A stretch of 64,000 nucleotides of DNA from the human T2T-CHM13v2.0 reference genome, Homo sapiens: the NCBI RefSeq assembly GCF_009914755.1, contig NC_060928.1, one strand, 5' to 3'. The translations under genes were made by a program, and so were the position numbers. Shown in pieces: positions 27,733 through 46,864 of this stretch. Every line of letters begins with the position of its first letter. The first letter of the stretch is position 1. The notes under the pieces were generated by a model. That model ran no database searches. It was not told the origin of the DNA and worked only from the letters and a program-made list of their open reading frames with translations.

Positions 27733-30030
27733 GGGTTGGTTATCCAATATTAAAAATCACACTGGAAACTACATGAATATACATTTCATGGTCACAGTTG
27801 ATTTTCCATTCCTCAGATTTGCCATTTTAGGGGAAGGAGTCTTGCATCATGTTCTTGTCACAACCTTGAAAAATCTATCCAGGCTGTGCTTATGTCCTTG
27901 TGAGCAGCATTGGTTTGGAGTTCTGTTTCAGTTTTGAGTATTTGTCAGGTTGATTCAATCACATGAAATCAGCATTATATAATTGCCTTAAGACCTGTTC
28001 TTTGTGTTTGTTGGCTTTAAAATGTTAAACTGAAAAGAGCTCAGGAGGTCTTTAAGTAAAAAAGAGGTTGCCTGTTCACTCTGATGATAGTTTTTTTTGC
28101 TGTGCTAAAGCTCTTTAGTTTTATTAGATCACAATTGTCAATTTTGGTTTTTGTTGCAATTGCTTTTGGTGTTTTTGTCATGAAGTCTTTGCCCACACCT
28201 ATGTCCTGAATGGTATTGCCTAGGTTTTCTTATAGGGTTTTTATGGTTTTTGGTTTTACATTTAAGTCTTTAATCCATCTTGAGTTAATTTTAGTATAAG
28301 GTGTAAGGAAGGGGTCCTGTTTCAGTTTTCTGCACATGGTTAGCCAGTTTTCCCAGCTACCAAATAGAAGATCCTTTCACTGTTGCTTGTTTTTGTCAGG
28401 TATGTTGAAGATCAGATAGTTGTAGATGTGTGGTGTTATTTCTGAGGTCTCTGTTATGCTCCATTTGTGTATATGTCAGTTTTGGTACCAGTAACATGCT
28501 GTTTTGGTTACGGTAGCTTTGTAGTATAGTTTGAAGTCAGGTACCATAATGCCTCCAGCTTTGTTCTTTTTGCTTAGAATTGTCTTGGCTATATGGGGTC
28601 ATCTTTGATTCCATATGAAATTTAAAATAGTTTATTCTAATTCTGTGAGGAATGTCAATGGTAGTTTGATGGGAATAGCATTGAATCTATAAATTATTTT
28701 GGGTAGTGTGGCCATTTTCACAATATTGATTCTTCCTATCCATGAGGATGGAATGTTTTTCCATTTGTTTGTGTCCTCTCTTATTTCCTTGAGCAGTGGT
28801 TTGTAGTTCTCCTTGAAGAGGTCCTTCACATCCCTCGTTAGCTGTATTCCTAGTTATTTTACTCTCTTTGTAGCAATTGTGAATGGGAGTTCATTCATGA
28901 TTTGGCTTTCTGAACATGCAACCTACAGAATGGGAGAAAATTTTGCCAATCTACCCATCTGACAAATATCTAATATCCAGAATTTAAAAGAAACTTAAAC
29001 ATATTTACAACAAAAAAAAAAAGTTTTCATCAAAACGTGGGCAAAGGATATGAACAGACACTTCTCAAAAGAAAATATTTATATGGCCAACAAACATATG
29101 AAAAAAAGCTCAACATCACTGATCATCAGAGAAATGCAAATCAAAACCACAATGAGATACCATCTCATGCCAGTCGGAATGGTGATTATTAAAAAGTCAG
29201 GAAACAATAGATGCTGGTGAGTCTGCAGAGAAACAGGAATACTTTTGCACTGTTGGTGGGAGTGTAAATTAGTTCAACCATTGTGGAAGACAGTGTGGTG
29301 ATTCCTCAAGGATCTAGAACCAGAAATACCATTTGACCCAGCAATCCCATTACTAGGTATATACCCGAAGGAATATAAATCATTCTACTATAAACATACA
29401 TGCACACATATGTTTATTACAGCACTGTTTACAATAGCAAAGACATGGAACCAGCCCAAATGGCCATCAATGATAGACTGGATAAAGAAAATGTGATACA
29501 TATACACCATGGAATACTATGCAGCCATAAAAAGAAATGTGATCATGTCTTTTGCAGAGACATGGATGAAGCTGGAAGCCATCATCCTCAGCAAACTAAC
29601 ACAGAACAGAAAACCAAACACCGCATGTTCTCACTCATAAGTGGGAGTTGAATATTGACAACACATGAACACAGAGAGGGGGACAACACATACCAGGGCC
29701 TGTTGGGGGTCGGTGGGTAAGGCAAGGGAACTTAGAGGATGGGTCAATAGATGCGGCAAACTATTATGGCACATGTATACCTATGTAATAAACCTGCACA
29801 TTCTACACATATATTCCATTTTATATTTTTAGAAGAAATAAAGGAAAAAAGAAAAAGAAAAAAGAGGACTATTCATAAAGTTCAGATAGCGGACATAGAG
29901 TAGCTGGCAAAAGATTCCTTGTAGAGTCACAGCACTAGCTTCCCTCATTTTATGCAACAAAGTAGCAATAGTTCCCTTTTCCTGAAGAGAAGCCAAGGGG
30001 AAACTTCACTGCCTGTTCATGACTTATATA
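27733..30030 (+). repeat. Inverted, diverged duplicate of 19090-19640 (intron plus exon), split by an L1
   Basis: Direct alignment, e.g. gagttctgtttcagttttgagtatttgtcaggttga is identical to the reverse complement near 19410-19445; homology resumes after the L1 TSD. Confidence 0.9.
28068..29857 (+). mobile_element. L1PA8A-like LINE-1 with 5' inversion (twin priming)
   Basis: 28068-28910 antisense ORF2, 28911-29857 sense with gggaacttagaggatgggtcaata 3' UTR; TSD aaaaaagagg at 28058-28067 and 29858-29867. Confidence 0.92.
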
Positions 30031-30656
30031 AATTTTTTGTTACTGACCTTTTTCTTACTGATTTGTTACACACGTAACCAATCAATAAGAATGGATAGAT
30101 ACCTAGATATTTAGATATCTATGTGTTGATCAACCTTTCATAATAATTTGTTAAAATTAAAGGAATGTGAAAGAGAGGAAAAAAACAGAAACAGAAGTGA
30201 AAGAGGAGGAGAAAAAAGAGAAGGTAAAGAAGCCACCTTTCATAAGAATGAACATCTTTCCATTGACTCTCCTAAATACTGGATCCCTGGTGTTTACTGA
30301 TCTCTTAAACTAACTCTTTCTGTACATTGCCTTTAGAATGGGGATGAAGTTTGATCTTTACCACTTTAACAAAGGGGAATCTTTTCTTATTCCAAAATTA
30401 TAAACCAGAAATTTAATTATATGGCTTGATTCTTTCAAAGTAGGAAGATTCTTAAGCACTTTTAAAAATGGAGTAATTACTGATATAAAATACAAGAGAG
30501 AATCAATTAATTTTTGTTTTATGTTTCATTTACTTAGAATTTGGTGGCTATTAGACAACATCTAGGGTCAGTACTAAACCCTCTAACCTAACAACTCAGT
30601 TGGCCATTGTGGGAAGCATTTTACACCACTTCTTGTTGTGTTTCATCAGAATTTGA

Positions 30657-30954
<298 letters not shown>

Positions 30955-31516
30955 TAATTCTTTTAAAGGGGTTGACAGATTATACTTATATTGAAGATGG
31001 ATGCAACACACAGATGGTAGTCCCATGGCTGCCTTCTTGGTCTTATGTCTATGAGGATACACAAGCCAGCCCTTAGGCCTTTACTCTTCTAAATTATACA
31101 GCTAGATGACATCATAAGAGGGTTTTTTAAAATACACATTCTTGAAGCTTTGGAAACTTACAATGTACTGATTATATTGTCATATATCTCTATTAACTAT
31201 ACATACAATAATATAGTTTAAGCTATAAAGTTGGCATCTTCAGTATGTGTGTTTTATTTTAGTATTATAAACACAAAGTGGGGGGGAGGAGCCAAGATGG
31301 CCGAATAGGAACAGCTCCGGTCTACAGCTCCCAGCGTGAGCCACACAGAAGACGGGTGATTTCTGCATTTCCATCTGAGGTACCGGGTTCATCTCACTAG
31401 GGAGTGCCAGACAGTGGGCGCAGGCCAGTGGGTGCGCGCACCGTGCACGAGCCGAAGCAGGGCGAGGCATTGCCTCACCTGGGAAGCGCAAGGGGTCAGG
31501 GAATTCCCTTTCCGAG

Positions 31517-31732
31517 TCAAAGAAAGGGGTGACAGACGCACCTGGAAAATCGGGTCACTCCCACCCGAATATTGCGCTTTTCAGACCGGCTTAAAAAACG
31601 GCACACCACGAGACTATATCCCACTCCTGGCTCGGAGGGTCCTACGCCCACGGAATCTCGCTGATTGCTAGCACAGCAGTCTGAGATCAAACTGCAAGGC
31701 GGCAGCGAGGCTGGGGGAGGGGCGCCCGCCAT
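31517..31732 (-). CDS. LINE-1 ORF0 (71 aa), intact
   Basis: MAGAPPPASLPPCSLISDCCASNQRDSVGVGPSEPGVGYSLVV...HPFL* in the antisense 5' UTR. Confidence 0.8.
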   Translation of the reverse strand: MAGAPPPASLPPCSLISDCCASNQRDSVGVGPSEPGVGYSLVVCRFLSRSEKRNIRVGVTRFSRCVCHPFL

Positions 31733-32187
31733 TGCCCAGGCTTGCTTAGGTAAACAAAGCAGCCCCGAAGCTCGAACTGGGTGGAGCCCACCACAGCTCA
31801 AGGAGGCCTGCCTGCCTCTGTAGGCTCCACCTCTGGGGGCAGGGCACAGACAAACAAAAAGACAGCAGTAACCTCTGCAGACTTAAATGTCCCTGTCTGA
31901 CAGCTTTGAAGAGAGCAGTGGTTCTCCCAGCACGCAGCTGGAGATCTGAGAACAGGCAGACTGCCTCCTCAAGTGGGTCCCTGACCCCTGACCCCCGAGC
32001 AGCCTAACTGGGAGGCACCCCCCAGCAGGGGCACACTGACACCTCACACGGCACGGTATTCCAACAGACCTGCAGCTGAGGGTCCTGTCTGTTAGAAGGA
32101 AAACTAACAAACAGAAAGGACATCCACACCGAAAACCCATCTGTACATCACCATCATCAAAGACCAAAAGTAGATAAAACCACAAAG

Positions 32188-33204
32188 ATGGGGAAAAAAC
32201 AGAACAGAAAAACTGGAAACTCTAAAACGCAGAGCGCCTCTCCTCCTCCAAAGGAACGCAGTTCCTCACCAGCAACAGAACAAAGCTGGATGGAGAATGA
32301 CTTTGACGAGCTGAGAGAAGAAGGCTTCAGACGATCAAATTACTCTGAGCTACGGGAAGACATTCAAACCAAAGGCAAAGAAGTTGAAAACTTTGAAAAA
32401 AATTTAGAAGAATGTATAACTAGAATAACCAATACAGAGAAGTGCTTAAAGGAGCTGATGGAGCTGAAAACCAAGGCTCGAGAACTACGTGAAGAATGCA
32501 GAAGCCTCAGGAGCCGATGCCATCAACTGGAAGAAAGGGTATCAGCAATGGAAGATGAAATGAATGAAATGAAGTGAGAAGGGAAGTTTAGAGAAAAAAG
32601 AATAAAAAGAAATGAGCAAAGCCTCCAAGAAATATGGGACTATGTGAAAAGACCAAATCTACGTCTGATTGGTGTACCTGAAAGTGATGGGGAGAATGGA
32701 ACCAAGTTGGAAAACACTCTGCAGGATATTATCCAGGAGAACTTCCCCAATCTAGCAAGGCAGGCCAACGTTCAGATTCAGGAAATACAGAGAACGCCAC
32801 AAAGATACTCCTCGAGAAGAGCAACTCCAAGACACATAATTGTCAGATTCACCAAAGTTGAAATGAAGGAAAAAATGTTAAGGGCAGCCAGAGAGAAAGG
32901 TCGGGTTACCCTCAAAGGGAAGCCCATCAGACTAAGAGGAGATCTCTCAGCAGAAACCCTACAAGCCAGAAGAGAGTGGGGGCCAATATTCAACATTCTT
33001 AAAGAAAAGAGTTTTCAACCCAGAATTTCATATCCAGCCAAACTAAGCTTCATAAGTGAAGGAGAAATAAAATACTTTACAGACAAGCAAATGCTGAGAG
33101 ATTTTGTCACCACCAGGCCTGCCCTAAAAGAGCTCCTGAAGGAAGCGATAAACATGGAAAGGAACAACTGGTACCAGCCGCTGCAAAATCATGCCAAAAT
33201 GTAA
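32188..33204 (+). pseudogene. L1 ORF1p with nonsense codon at position 130
   Basis: MGKKQNRKTGNSKTQ...NEMK then TGA at 32575-32577; frame continues to ...NHAKM. Confidence 0.95.
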
Positions 33205-33267
33205 AGACCATTGAGACTAGGAAGAAACTGCATCAACTAACGAGCAAAATCACCAGCTAACATCATA

Positions 33268-37091
<3,824 letters not shown>

Positions 37092-38134
37092 ACAATGAGA
37101 TCACATGGACACAGGAAGGGGAATATCACACTCTGGGGACTGTGGTGGGGTGGGGGGAGGGGGGAGGGATAGCATTGGGAGATATACCTAATGCTAGATG
37201 ACGAGTTGGTGGGTGCAGCGCACCAGCATGGCACATGTATACATATGTAACTAACCTGCACAATGTGCACATGTACCCTAAAACTTAAAGTATAATAAAA
37301 AAAAAACACAAAATGGAGAAAAATCACTAAAGAACAAGCATAATTAAAATACTATGGTCAAACAAACTATCCTGCAAAGTTTGCAGTCAATGCAGCATAA
37401 ATTTAGAAATATTGATCCATAATCTCCAAAAAAGGCAACACAGACTATTCCTCGGAGAAAGTAATAATATGATGGTCTATACGGCTAAAGCAAAGGGTAG
37501 TACAAAGGGATTTTATTTACAAGTTAGTTTTCTTGCCTGCAAACATATGACAGGGCTAAAATTTTTTAAATATATGAAAACTTTTAATGAGATGCTATAA
37601 ATAAAGTAATGCACTTTGAAGAATAAGTCAAGGAAATTTAATTACATAGTTAACAAACATTTATTTGAAAAAGGTTAGATCAAAAGAGGAGAAATTATTT
37701 CAAAGATATAGCTTGCAGATATTTATGTAAAAACAGTTTTCCAGTCATTAAATTATCTTTAATGAAAACGTAAGAGATAACAAACTATATCAAGGTCAAA
37801 TTTTTTTGAAGAAATATAATTCCCTGACAGCCTTGATTTAATTCTGTACCATGGAATAGCTCCCAAAAACGAAGCAGAGGTTCAGACACGTGAGGCTGTC
37901 AACCACACTCAAGTAACCACACTTACTACTGAGAAAGTTAACACCTAAGATAATAGCAACTGGTGAATTAAATTACAACCTGCTAAGAGGGACACTCGCA
38001 TACACAATAATTTAGCCCCATTGTAGATGTACATATTCAGTATAGGTGTTTGAGTCTTTTCCTGCTCTCCCTCTCAATTTCCTCAAAAATAGTTCAGCTG
38101 GGATGATGTGATCATTTTACTCAAAGAGGAAGCC

Positions 38135-38436
38135 AAGCCTGGCCCAGTGGCCTGTAACCCCAGCACTTTGGGAGGCTGAGGTGGGCAGATCACTTGAGGT
38201 CAGGAGTTCAAGACCAGGCTGGCCAACATGGTGAAACCTCGTCTCTACTAAAAATACAAAAATTAGCCGGGCATGGTGGTGTGGTGGGTGCCTGTAATCC
38301 CAGCTACTCAGGAGGCTGAGGCAGGAGAATCACTTGAACCTGGGAGGTGGAAGTTGCAGTGAGCCAAGGTTGCACCACGGCACTATATCCTGGGCAATAG
38401 TGCGAGACTCAGTCTCAGAAAAGAAGAAGAAAAAAG
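38135..38436 (+). mobile_element. Alu (Sx/Sz-like)
   Basis: TSD aaagaggaagcc at 38123-38134 and 38437-38448. Confidence 0.95.
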
Positions 38437-38730
38437 AAAGAGGAAGCCTTTAATCATCATGAGAAAGTTGACAATGAGGATAACAAGAGGTAGTAATTTG
38501 TAAGCATTTCTTCTGCAGCATGAAACAACAAAGAGGGGTAAGAGACGGTGTGCTCCCCGTGCAGGCTACAAGGGAGTGGACTGCAGCTAGAGGAATTAAA
38601 AATGATAATGAGGACAACTAAAACTCAGGAAGCTTTTTATTACGATGATCATATACCAGCAAGTAAAAACAATGTAAATGATAAAATTCTTCTCTCCGCC
38701 TCCCATCCCCCCCACAAAATGTTGTTGGTC

Positions 38731-39525
38731 TAAGTCATGGATTGGCAAACTTTTCCTGCAAAGTTCAAGATAATAAATATTTTTAATTTTGCAGACTGTT
38801 ATGGGTTGAATCGTTTCCCCAAAATAAGAAACGTTGAAGTCCTAACTCCCAGTATCTCAAAATGTAACCTTATTTGGAAATAGGGCCATTGCACATGCAA
38901 TTAGTTAAGATGATATCATACTGGAATAGAGTGAGACTTTAATTCATTATGACTGGCATCCACATAAGACGATGATATGAAGACACAGAGGGAGAGCGCC
39001 ATGTGCTGCTGCAGGCAGAGATTGTACTGATGCATCTACAAGGTAAGGAATGCCAAAGATTGCTGGCAGCAACCAGAAGCTGAGAGGAAAGCATGGAACA
39101 GAAGCTCCCTGGACCTTTCCAGAAGGAACCATCCCTGCTGACAACTCGATTTCAGATTCAAGCCTCCAGAACTATGAAAGAATGAATTTCTACTGTGTGA
39201 AGCCACCCAGTTTGTGGTACTTGGTCATGGCTGCCCAAGTTAACTAACACACGGGCCATACAGTCTCTGTCACACTAATCAATTCTGCTCTTAGCAGCCA
39301 TGGATATACACAAATGAATGGATGTTTATGTGTTCCAATAAAAGTTTTTTTGTGGACACTGAAACTTAAATTTCATATGATTTTATGTGTTAATAAATAT
39401 TCCTCTTTTGATGTTTGCCCACCCTTGAAAAATATAAAACCATTGTTTAGCTGGCTGGCAAGTCAGAAAAACAGGTGCAAGACTAGATTTGGCCCAACAG
39501 CTACCACTTGCAAATTCCCGCTCTA
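38731..39525 (+). mobile_element. MER58-type transposon interrupted by MLT1 LTR
   Basis: ggattggcaaacttttcctgcaaag ... gtgttccaataaaag. Confidence 0.7.
38797..39251 (+). mobile_element. MLT1B/C-type LTR
   Basis: tgttatgggttgaat ... aagccacccagtttgtggtactt...aactaacaca. Confidence 0.85.
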
Positions 39526-39862
39526 AGTTCTAAACATTGTTCTTGTTACTGTTGAGTTTTAATAATATATATGTATGTTCCAAATTAGCATATGTTCATT
39601 TTTTACCTTTAGCAAAAATAGTACTCTATGGGCAAGTTAATTTGAGAAACTGAGTTACCCAGTTGGCCCTGGCACAAACCAAATCAGCTACCTCTGTTAT
39701 CTGCCTTTGTTTCAATAGTAAATTTATAATGGTTTGAAAAAATGTGAGCTCAGTTTGGGTGCAGTTCACAACTCCATCCCTTGTGGTTCAACATATTACT
39801 GCATTTGTAAATTCAAAATAAACTATAATAACACAGTGATTGTAAAGATGAAGAAACAGTAC

Positions 39863-39950
39863 CTGAATTACTTTAGTATTGTCCTTCTAGGTAAAAATTA
39901 TTCTCTGAATCTTGCAGACTTTATTCCCTTGGATGCATTTCATCATGTTT
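39863..39950 (-). pseudogene. Exon remnant, 88 nt
   Basis: Weak acceptor aatAAG|, donor CAG|GTACTG; phase 0 to 1, KHDEMHPRE*SLQDSENNFYLEGQY*SNS. Confidence 0.4.
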
Positions 39951-40723
39951 CTTATTTTTCAAAATATATTAATGAAATTGAAAAGTATTAGCTTTTTTTA
40001 CTGGTGTGATTAAATATACAAAATTTAATAAAAGAAAGTTTCCTTTTCTGCATTTCTTTTTTCTGTTATTATTACTGTTAGTATTTGTTTCATTTCAATT
40101 ATTATTACCCAAAAAAATGTGTCATATAGAGAAGGGAGTATTCTATAATTATCCACTTTTGGGGTCATTTACACTATACAAAACATTGCTCTATGGGTTT
40201 ATCAAGCAAATATATGCATTTTAAGCATTTATTTACTTTGTAAAACTTTTAAATGTTTTAATAAATGTAAAAAGTTAATTTAAGATTAAAGTAATCTAAG
40301 GAATCAATGAAAACCTAATAACATATTAGAGAAAGTTCAGAGCACACAAAGATTAAAATTCCACAGGGCTAATCAGATAAAATAACAGTAAATAATAAGC
40401 AAGCTGCAATCAAGATAAAAGGTCAGAGCTTAGGAAATGTATGTCATAACTGTGAGGATGCAATAAACTTAAGTACAGGCTTCATCACTAATTATGTCTG
40501 ACATAAAGATGCCTTTCCACAAAATAATTTGGTTATCATACACATCTAGACTTTCTCAAACATCATTATAAAGTCAGAGGAAGGATTTTTGTCAAAATCT
40601 TATACCTTTATTATCAATTATGTGTTAGTTTCTCAAGAGATGAATCACTGGACTCATTAAGTATTATATCTAAGAAAAATATTATTAATTTGTTTGAAAT
40701 GAAACATAAAAATAAGTAAATAC

Positions 40724-40753
40724 CTTTAATATAACATTCTTTGCCATTTGAAC
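40724..40753 (-). pseudogene. Exon remnant, 30 nt
   Basis: 83-nt intron; aatAG|VQMAKNVILK AAG|GTATTT; phase 0 to 0. Confidence 0.45.
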
Positions 40754-40836
40754 CTATTATGTGGTTTTAGGGTGTTTATAAAAAGGAGATGGGGGACGAA
40801 TTGATAGAGCGAGAAGAGAAAAGAATATTAGATTAC

Positions 40837-40907
40837 CTCACTGGCTCTCAACTGCAAAATATGCAGTCTGCAGAACTTAATTAAATTCCATTGTCAGAGC
40901 AAGACAC
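40837..40907 (-). pseudogene. Exon remnant, 71 nt
   Basis: ttttctttaaaaattAG| ... GAG|GTAATC; phase 1 to 0, VLL*QWNLIKFCRLHILQLRASE. Confidence 0.6.
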
Positions 40908-41879
40908 CTAATTTTTAAAGAAAATCTTGGCTTTGCAAATATAATGTCCTTGATAGAAAATCTTTATTGTTTCTGATCTGTTTATTCTTTAACAAGGTTT
41001 ATGAGCCTTTTCCATTATAAAACAGCTGTCTTACATATGCCATTCACTAATTAAACACAAATCCAAAGAATTCCCATAGCAAGAGGTTTGTGTGTCACCA
41101 AGGCTGGGCTAACATGTTAAGATTATTATAGAGTTTGTTTATCATTGAGAAGAAAATAAATGTACAACATATGATTTCTCCAAAATATTTTAATATGTAT
41201 TTTGGGTGATTTTGCAAGATCCCCACAGTCATGAATCACTGGTGTAGTGAGAAAAGCACTAAACTGATTACGAACCTTGACCCAAAATCCGAGTAAGTCA
41301 CCTAACCTCATAGCCACAGATTCTTAAAATAAGCAAATGAACCTACATCCCTAGATTGTTAGGAGAACATGAATTTTAAAACAGAATGAGTGGGTAAGAA
41401 AAAGTTGCTTTGTAAAGATAAAATCTCAGTTTAGCTAGGTTTCATTCGGTTAGTGTATCTCCAAAACTCATTTTAAAACATAAAAGATTTTTCTATCTAT
41501 ACTTGCTCAAGTGGTGCTTAAACATTCATCAGAGTAAAGTGGCCAAACTTCTTTTCCAAAAATCATTTAAAATTAAATAAAAATCTCCACAATGACTTAG
41601 AAGACTGTCTTTGGAAAGATACTCCACATATGACCTATATTCCAATTATGAAATTCTGTGATTATAAATCTGAAATATCACAAAGTAAGTATGATTTCTG
41701 AAGTGGTACTTCAGGAAAAATTTTGGAAAAATTTTTAAGTCAAAAGGATAAAGAAGTCTCAAATTTTTGGAATTATGGATAAACCTCCTATGAAAGGAAA
41801 ATATATACAATCTGGAGAATTCAACAATGATATAGTAATTCTATCTTTGGAATTGTTTCTAATGTTGAACATAATATTT

Positions 41880-43452
<1,573 letters not shown>

Positions 43453-44504
43453 TTAAACAGTCTTTTATACATTGTTGAATTCACTCCTCCCAGCTCATAC
43501 TCACTTTCTAACTTCTAGAGACTTGAAACCTCTCTGTTTAAGATGCTTCCCCTCCATTTTGCTACACTGCCATGGTCTTATTCCCACTTACAGACCATTT
43601 CTATTCACTCAATTCAATATCCTTGAATACCATTTTGAATAATTTTATCCACAGATAAGTACATTAACAATCATCAAAATCATCTTCTATCTGCTTAACC
43701 TCCACCTTCCTAGAACAATGCCCTTTTTCTTCTCACTTATTCATCTTTCAAGTCTCTATTCAGGCATCACCTCTCCTCCAAGTGTCTTCCCTATCTCCCA
43801 ATGGCAGGTGTCCCCCAGTGTCCTCCCATAGCCCCTTGTGGTTCTATCACAGAACTTTTCACAGTGTGCCTGACTAGTCTCTTTCCTCTCCAGGTCAGGA
43901 GGTCCTCCGTAACAGAGGTAGAAATGTTTCTACACCACATAAAACAACACTGAATATTATTTGCTATCTGAAATGTTATTTGAATTAATGAAAAAAATGA
44001 CTCAGGAAAATTGTCTAAGCAGTGTTTTCCAGAGAATGTTCTCTAGGATGAATTCTAGCCTCAAAAACTATTAAAATGGGGTTTGTTGCTCAAAAAAGTT
44101 TGGGAAATAATGCTATATATTATTTCTGTAAATATACAGTTCACATTTTGGCATACTAAAACTGTGAAACAAACTAAAGAAAAAAATTACCAAATGTTCT
44201 TAACTTGGTTTTTCCTAAACTTATTTAACTATAACATTTTTTATGAAATAACAACTCACGTCCTCTAGTCTAGTGCTTTAAGAAATTTTGGAAAATTTTG
44301 ACTTAGTGTATAAAAATCTATAGAGTTCATACAAATCTCTGGAGAGAGCGAGAGAGGGAGAAACACATCTTTAATCCGTTTTACAGCAGATGTCAGAAAA
44401 AAACATTAGGAACAATAGAGAACTCTGAAATCTGGAACAAAATGAGACACTCTGGAAAGGCAGACCACCTATGATCAAGGACGACTTTGAGGATGAGGAC
44501 TCAC

Positions 44505-44662
44505 CTTGGATTCCTGTGCTTAAGAAAATGGACATTGGAAACATTTTTGATTTATACCTCTCCTCGGGAGACAAGTTCAGGGCTTCCACAGGAATCTCAC
44601 GTGTGCTTGCTACGGCCAGAGTATCCTGAATAGATTTTACCCTTTCACAGGCCAAGGCCAAC
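44505..44662 (-). pseudogene. Exon remnant, 158 nt, stop-free
   Basis: ctaacagctcttttcAG| ... AAG|GTGAGT; phase 2 to 1, LALACERVKSIQDTLAVASTREIPVEALNLSPEERYKSKMFPMSIFLSTGIQ. Confidence 0.75.
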
Positions 44663-45400
44663 CTGAAAAGAGCTGTTAGGCAGGTCTCTTCAGTTTTTAC
44701 CAAAAGAAAAAGAATTCAGTCAAATACACCTTAAATTAGTCCAAGCTGAAAGTGACTTTCTAAAAAAAAAAAAAAAAAAAAATCACTTTTGACCCCTTCT
44801 AAGGGTAAATGCATAGACAAGTAAAAAAAAATCAGTTCCCAGAATGGTGTTCTGATGACACTTCCAATCAACTGAGGCCAGCGGAGGGATTTAAAGCATG
44901 TATTTGGAACATTCACACATTTGTTTGTATGCTTATGCTAGTGTAAGTTCTTTCAGTAGGTTGCCAAAAATAGAGATATATGCAATCAGATAATTCAACA
45001 GAGAATAGAGAGAGATTTTAAATGATTACAATTTACTTATAAGTTTGTGGGTGTGACTTTTTGTACATTATCATATGATTAAGGATTCTTTTCAAATTCC
45101 ATGCCATGACATAAGTTTGGGCTAAATTTAGTCTAATTGTGATGTTTTCACTCATTCTTGACTTAGAAGTCTAGAACACTTCCTTCTGTAAGTGGTAAAA
45201 TGGGTAATTCAGCATGTTGCAGTACAAAGAACACAGATCTTGGAGGAAAGAAACGGTCTTTCTTTCCAGAGTAAGTGGACCATCAGTGTGTTATGTGTCT
45301 ATGCACACTCACTTTCATCCTTCTGAGCCTTAGTTTCTTCCAACTCTAATATATGAAGGCAGTAAATTAAACAGGTATGATACATTAAATTCTTGCAGCA

Positions 45401-45692
45401 CCCAAAAGGACAAATATTGTATGATTCTACTTATATGAGCTACTTAAAGAAATTAAATCTGTAGAGACAGAACAAAGAGCGGTGATTGACAGAGTCTGGT
45501 GGGAAAGGGCAATGGAGAGTTATTTGTTAATCGGTGCTGAGTTTCAGTTTGGAAAGATGAAAAAGTTCTGGAGATGGATAGTGGTGACAACCGCACAACA
45601 TTGTAAGTATACTTAGTCTCACTGCATTGTACACTAAAAATGCTAAAAATGATAAACTTTATGTATATTTTACCACAATTTTTTAAATAAAA
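45401..45692 (+). mobile_element. L1MB-type 3' end
   Basis: aaaagttctggagatggatagtggtga ... attttaccacaatt. Confidence 0.8.
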
Positions 45693-46705
45693 ATTTTAAA
45701 TGCCTATGAGGCCAGAGAAATAACGTAAATAAGAGAGAGGTAATTTGAGTATAATAAAATAAGGACTACTGGGTGTCAGATTGGAGAACCTATGCCTTGT
45801 TAATTTAACAAATGTTTACTGAGAAACTACAGGGTGATTCATGTGATAAATATGTATTGAGCATCAGCTCTTCCAGGTGTTCAGGTTGCATCAAGCAACA
45901 AAATGGTTCTTCATGAATCTTCACGGAATTTATATTTTAGCAAATGTACATAGAGGGCAATCTCTGTAGCTCTTGTCAACCATGGCCATGTGGGAAGGCT
46001 TGCTCAATGCTGCCAGATCTTCAAACTCTTAAAAAGAAGCCAGAAACGTGGTATTTTAGGTAAAGTATTTCCATATTTGAATGTTGGAAACAAATTCAAT
46101 TATTTAAAAACACAGTGTGGGCCAAACATCTGTGGGCCAAATCCAGCCTTTGGGCTACCATTTGCAATTTCTAAAGGGAATTCTATTTAACATTCAATGA
46201 TTTCACTTAAATCTAACGTGGTATAATTAGTCTGAAGTGCTTGTAGCTTTTTAAGATAATTTTTCAGGACAGCTCTTTTGTTAATATATTAACAATATTT
46301 TGCTTATTCTGTATTAAAGTAAAATTATATCCAAAAGGCAGGTCAAATGATGCTAGAATGCTACAAACAACTTTTCCCAAAATACAACATCACATCTATG
46401 TTTCTGGAACAACATAGCTTACTTCTATCTGACAGCACAATGACCAAGACCACCCCAGGCACGCATTATACAAACCTAATCTGTGTTTGTTGAGAAAAGA
46501 AACAGAATAAAATTTATAACCTTCACTCTAGTAACTTCCGGTGATTCATACTGATATATTTCAAATACCAGAACACTTTTTCATTATGCAGGTGGTGCTT
46601 TAAAACTTGTAATATAGATTTAAAATACTATGCATAAGAATCTTAAGCCCCTAAGACCCATTCATTAACTTTGTATTATCAAATATTTTAAAACCAATAA
46701 TTTAC

Positions 46706-46794
46706 CTCTCTGTGTGAGCTGAAGAAAATGCTAAGTACCTTCACCTTAATAAATTAAGAACTGATCCAACAGTTAAGACGGGTGTGTGTTCAAA
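46706..46794 (-). pseudogene. Exon remnant, 89 nt (or 13-nt micro-exon 46706-46718)
   Basis: acacAG| FEHTPVLTVGSVLNLLR*RYLAFSSAHTE, GAG|GTAAAT; phase-2 end matches the next exon. Confidence 0.55.
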
Positions 46795-46864
46795 CTGTGT
46801 TATGTATTTTGTCAGGGTGATTTGGGTTATGAGAAATTCTTTATTGTACATTTTAAAGAATTAC

